From the NCBI GenBank assembly GCA_021640185.1, contig JAJXDX010000002.1, positions 1 to 26,900 of the forward strand: 26,900 bases of DNA. Reading direction: 5' to 3'. Within the stretch, counting starts at the first letter, position 1; every line of letters starts with the position of its first letter. Both the position numbers and the translations under genes were made by a program. Source of the DNA: Oscillospiraceae bacterium. Lineage in GTDB: Bacteria > Bacillota > Clostridia > Oscillospirales > Acutalibacteraceae. Of this stretch, positions 24,127-26,900 are shown in pieces. The notes beneath the pieces were generated by a model, which did no database searches, was not told where the DNA came from, and saw only the letters and a list, made by a program, of their open reading frames with translations.

Positions 24127-25078
24127 GGAAAGGAGCCGACCGGCTATGCGAGCCTCCACCCGGCAAAGGATCCGAAAAAAGGCGATCCCCGTCGCCATGG
24201 CGCTGCTGCGGGCGGTGCTGTTCACGGCGCTGACGTTCGTCGTCATCTACCCGCTGCTCACGAAGCTCTGCGCCTCGTTCATGGCGCTGCGGGACGTCCA
24301 CGATATGTCCGTGCGCTATATCCCGCGTCATCCGACGCTCAGCCATTACCGCGACGTCTGGCGTCAGCTGGATCTTTCGGCGGTCTATCCGCTGACGGTG
24401 CAGTTCACCGCCCTCGTCGCCCTGCTGCAGACGTTGTCCGCCACCGTCGCGGGCTACGGCCTTGCCCGTTTCCGCTTCCGCCTAAACGGCGTTTTCCTCG
24501 CCTTGGCGCTGGTCGGTACGGTCGTCCCGCCGGATCTGCTGCTCGTCCCGCTGTTCAGCGAGTTTCGGTATTTCGACCCGTTCGGCCTCGTTTCGCTCGT
24601 CACCGGAGGCGCGCCGCCCTCGCTGATCGGCACCCAGTGGCCGCTCATTTTGCTCGCCGTCACCTGCACCGGCTACCGCTGCGGACTGTTCATCTTCATC
24701 CTGCGGCAATTCTTCCGCGGGATGCCGCGGGAGCTGGAGGAGGCCGCATATATCGACGGCGCCGGGCCGGTGCGCGCGTTTTTGCGGATCATGCTGCCCG
24801 GCGCGCGCACGATGATGGTGACGGTGTTCCTGTTCGGCTTCGTCTGGACGTGGCTGGACATCAAGTATATCCCGACGCTGATGCCGGATATGCCGCTGCT
24901 CGTGACCGAGGTGCAAAAGATCTCGGCCCTCGGGCTGGACGCCTCCGCGAACACCGTGGCGCGCAGCCTGCTCGTCAACGCCGGCGCGGTCTATCTGATC
25001 GTGCCGCTCGTCCTGCTGTATCTGTTCACCCAGCGATATTTCGTCCAAAGCATCGAGCGCAGCGGGCTGGTCGGATAG
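24119..25078 (+). CDS. Carbohydrate ABC transporter permease (MalG/UgpE-like)
   Basis: RQFFRGMPRELEEAAYIDGAG; QRYFVQSIERSG. Start could be the second Met near 24146. Confidence 0.93.
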   Translation: MTEERSRPAMRASTRQRIRKKAIPVAMALLRAVLFTALTFVVIYPLLTKLCASFMALRDVHDMSVRYIPRHPTLSHYRDVWRQLDLSAVYPLTVQFTALVALLQTLSATVAGYGLARFRFRLNGVFLALALVGTVVPPDLLLVPLFSEFRYFDPFGLVSLVTGGAPPSLIGTQWPLILLAVTCTGYRCGLFIFILRQFFRGMPRELEEAAYIDGAGPVRAFLRIMLPGARTMMVTVFLFGFVWTWLDIKYIPTLMPDMPLLVTEVQKISALGLDASANTVARSLLVNAGAVYLIVPLVLLYLFTQRYFVQSIERSGLVG

Positions 25079-25196
25079 GCCGCCCGTCCGCGCCCGGAAA
25101 AGAAAGGGGGATGCCCGGCAAAGCGAACGGATGACCGTGCGTGCTTGGAGAGGCACCGAAAACACTACTACATCGTTCAACAAAGGAGTAGGATCC

Positions 25197-26819
25197 ATGG
25201 ACCGCAAACGCATCATCACGCGTCCGCTCGCGCTGCTCGGCGCCGCCGTGCTGCTGTTCTCGGCAGTCGGCTGCGGCAGACAGACCGGGCCGGACGGCTC
25301 CGCGCCGAACAGCGGCACCTCGCAGCTGCCGACCGCCCCGGACGATCCGCAAAGCAGCGCAGGCACGCTGCCGGCGGACAGCGACACGGAGAGCACGACC
25401 GGCACCGGCACGGCCGGTACCGGAAAGACGACGAAGCCTCCGACGAAAACCGCCGCGGTAAAGACCACGTCCGGTAAGACGCAGAGCGATAAAACGCAGC
25501 AGGCCAAAGACGCGCTGGACTTCGGCGGCAAGACCGTGACGCTGATCTATGAATGGAAGCCGCAGACCAAAAAAGGCGTCAGCGCCGCGACCGACCGCTG
25601 GATCGACCGCGTGGCCGAAGTGGAGAAGAAGTTCAACTGCAAGATCGAGCAAAAGCAAGGGGCGAGCAATACCGAGTATAACGGCAACATCGTCACCAGT
25701 GTGCTCAACGGCAGCCCCGTCGGGCACATCATCAGCATCAACGGCAACGCGAACTATAACTTCATCCGCTCCGGCATCGTGGCCTCGCTCGATGCCGCCA
25801 TCAAGCAGACCGGCATCGACATGACCGATGCACGGTATAACCAGACCATCCGGCAGTATTACCATGTCAACGGTTCGCAGTATGTGTTCGGCTACACCAC
25901 CTTCGGCGACACCACGCGGGACGTCAGCGGCCTTTGGGCGTATAACAAGCGGATCATGAACGCCATCAAGGTCGATCCCTATGCGCTGTATCAAAGCGGC
26001 GACTGGACATGGCAAAAGGTATCCGAGATCGCCAAGGCGGCCACCGTGCGCAACAGCAGCGGCACCGTCACACAGTACGGTCTGGGCATCTCCGGTGCGA
26101 TGGCCGTGCTGATCCAGCTCTCGCTGGCCAACGGCGGCCGTCTGGGTACGGTCGACAGCTCCGGCAGCCCGAAGATCACGCTGGATACGCCGAACAACCG
26201 CGAGGCGTTCGAGCAGCTCTATCAGTGGGGCAGCGTCGATAAGACCGTGCTCGGCAATGCCGGCGACATGGCTTGGAACGCGATCGACAAGGAATTCGCC
26301 AAGGGCAATATCGCTATCCTCGCCGGCGGCGCCGCGCTCGTCAACATCTGCTACGAGCAGGGCATGAAAGACGAGATCGGCATCGTCCCCGTCCCGAAAG
26401 GCCCGCGCGCGACCGGCTACGTGTCGCAGATGAACATCGGCTACGGCTATTTCATCCCCGTCACCTACCAAAAGGATGCGGCCAAATACCTCATGCTGAT
26501 GGATGAGCTGTATATGCCGTATGAAGGCGTCAGCCAGGATACCCTGTTCAAGGAGCGCTGGATCTCCCGCTTCACCGATGCCAACGCCTATAAGCTGTTC
26601 AAAAGCATGTATACCGACACGGCCCATCAGGTGACCGATATGCTCAGCCTGTTCGACGTGAGCTGGGGCGATCCGGCCTTCAGCACCGTCGCCGGCAACG
26701 TCATGCGCGGCACGATCACGCCCGGCAATGCGATCGACACTTATGCCGACACCTATCAGACCGTCGTCAACGATAAGTTCGACGGCTACAAGATCACCGG
26801 TATCAAGAACGGAGGATGA
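25197..26819 (+). CDS. Sugar ABC transporter solute-binding lipoprotein with a long Ser/Thr/Gly/Lys-rich tether
   Basis: ATG after AAGGAG; lipobox AVGC (Cys at 25272); DFGGKTVT, YNKRI..DPYALYQSGDWTW, FAKGNIA, IGIVPVPKGP. Confidence 0.9.
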   Translation: MDRKRIITRPLALLGAAVLLFSAVGCGRQTGPDGSAPNSGTSQLPTAPDDPQSSAGTLPADSDTESTTGTGTAGTGKTTKPPTKTAAVKTTSGKTQSDKTQQAKDALDFGGKTVTLIYEWKPQTKKGVSAATDRWIDRVAEVEKKFNCKIEQKQGASNTEYNGNIVTSVLNGSPVGHIISINGNANYNFIRSGIVASLDAAIKQTGIDMTDARYNQTIRQYYHVNGSQYVFGYTTFGDTTRDVSGLWAYNKRIMNAIKVDPYALYQSGDWTWQKVSEIAKAATVRNSSGTVTQYGLGISGAMAVLIQLSLANGGRLGTVDSSGSPKITLDTPNNREAFEQLYQWGSVDKTVLGNAGDMAWNAIDKEFAKGNIAILAGGAALVNICYEQGMKDEIGIVPVPKGPRATGYVSQMNIGYGYFIPVTYQKDAAKYLMLMDELYMPYEGVSQDTLFKERWISRFTDANAYKLFKSMYTDTAHQVTDMLSLFDVSWGDPAFSTVAGNVMRGTITPGNAIDTYADTYQTVVNDKFDGYKITGIKNGG

Positions 26820-26821
26820 AC

Positions 26822-26900
26822 ATGAAAAAGCGGATCTTCTGCGCGTTTTTGGCAGCAGCCATGCTGCTCTGCCTTATCCCTCTGTCTGCCCTCGTCGGCG
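26822..26900 (+). CDS. N-terminus (signal peptide) of a secreted protein, truncated by the window end
   Basis: GGAGG RBS, then MKKRIFCAFLAAAMLLCLIPLSALVG. Confidence 0.8.
   Translation, partial: MKKRIFCAFLAAAMLLCLIPLSALVG

Noticed and set aside
20632..24246. 1204-aa minus-strand ORF, and similar long antisense ORFs (13843-16587, 18903-20780, 25026-26627, 7345-8958, 2962-4281)
   Set aside because: They lie exactly opposite well-supported genes and have no recognisable motifs; long shadow frames are expected with high-GC codon bias.
25141..25156. Small hairpin GTGCTT-GGAG-AGGCAC upstream of the second binding protein (riboswitch or CsrA site?)
   Set aside because: Too short to be significant and no recognisable aptamer consensus; at most an mRNA processing or stability element.
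1..26900. CRISPR array, tRNA/rRNA genes, IS elements
   Set aside because: No regularly spaced repeats, cloverleaf or rRNA signatures, or transposase-like ORFs were seen; the window is almost fully tiled by the listed CDSs.

Overview
High-GC Firmicute-type chromosomal window (Clostridia-like gene content; taxon inferred, not shown). It has four blocks. (1) 1-1100: the 3' end of rpsI, which opens with an 87-nt fold-back palindrome (probably a contig-end artefact), then its terminator, a second 19/21-nt copy of the rpsI 3' end (att-like scar) and an orphan promoter-hairpins-terminator segment. (2) 1116-5175 (+): a TetR-led accessory operon encoding a frameshifted CAAX/CPBP protease, an HExxH protein, an LCM-type SAM methyltransferase, a GNAT and a Cys-rich DUF3795-like protein. 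(3) 5230-12132: a minus-strand operon of radical-SAM activase, glycyl radical enzyme (GRE), FGGY kinase (sedoheptulokinase-like) and type I phosphomannose-isomerase-like cupin, divergent from a ROK repressor with a clear XylR-type operator. The GRE has non-canonical catalytic loops (GCQEP, and RIHGT in place of RVxGY), so this is the best candidate for an undescribed radical-based sugar catabolic pathway. (4) 12267-26900: an AraC regulator with a ~155-aa inserted domain, divergent from a large carbohydrate-uptake operon (929-aa binding protein, two permease pairs, an NHL-TPR-Yip1 fusion, a DUF5696-like lipoprotein, a second binding lipoprotein and a truncated secreted protein). No integrase, transposase, CRISPR array, tRNA or rRNA was seen. 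All family calls come from motif recognition by eye; no database search was run.
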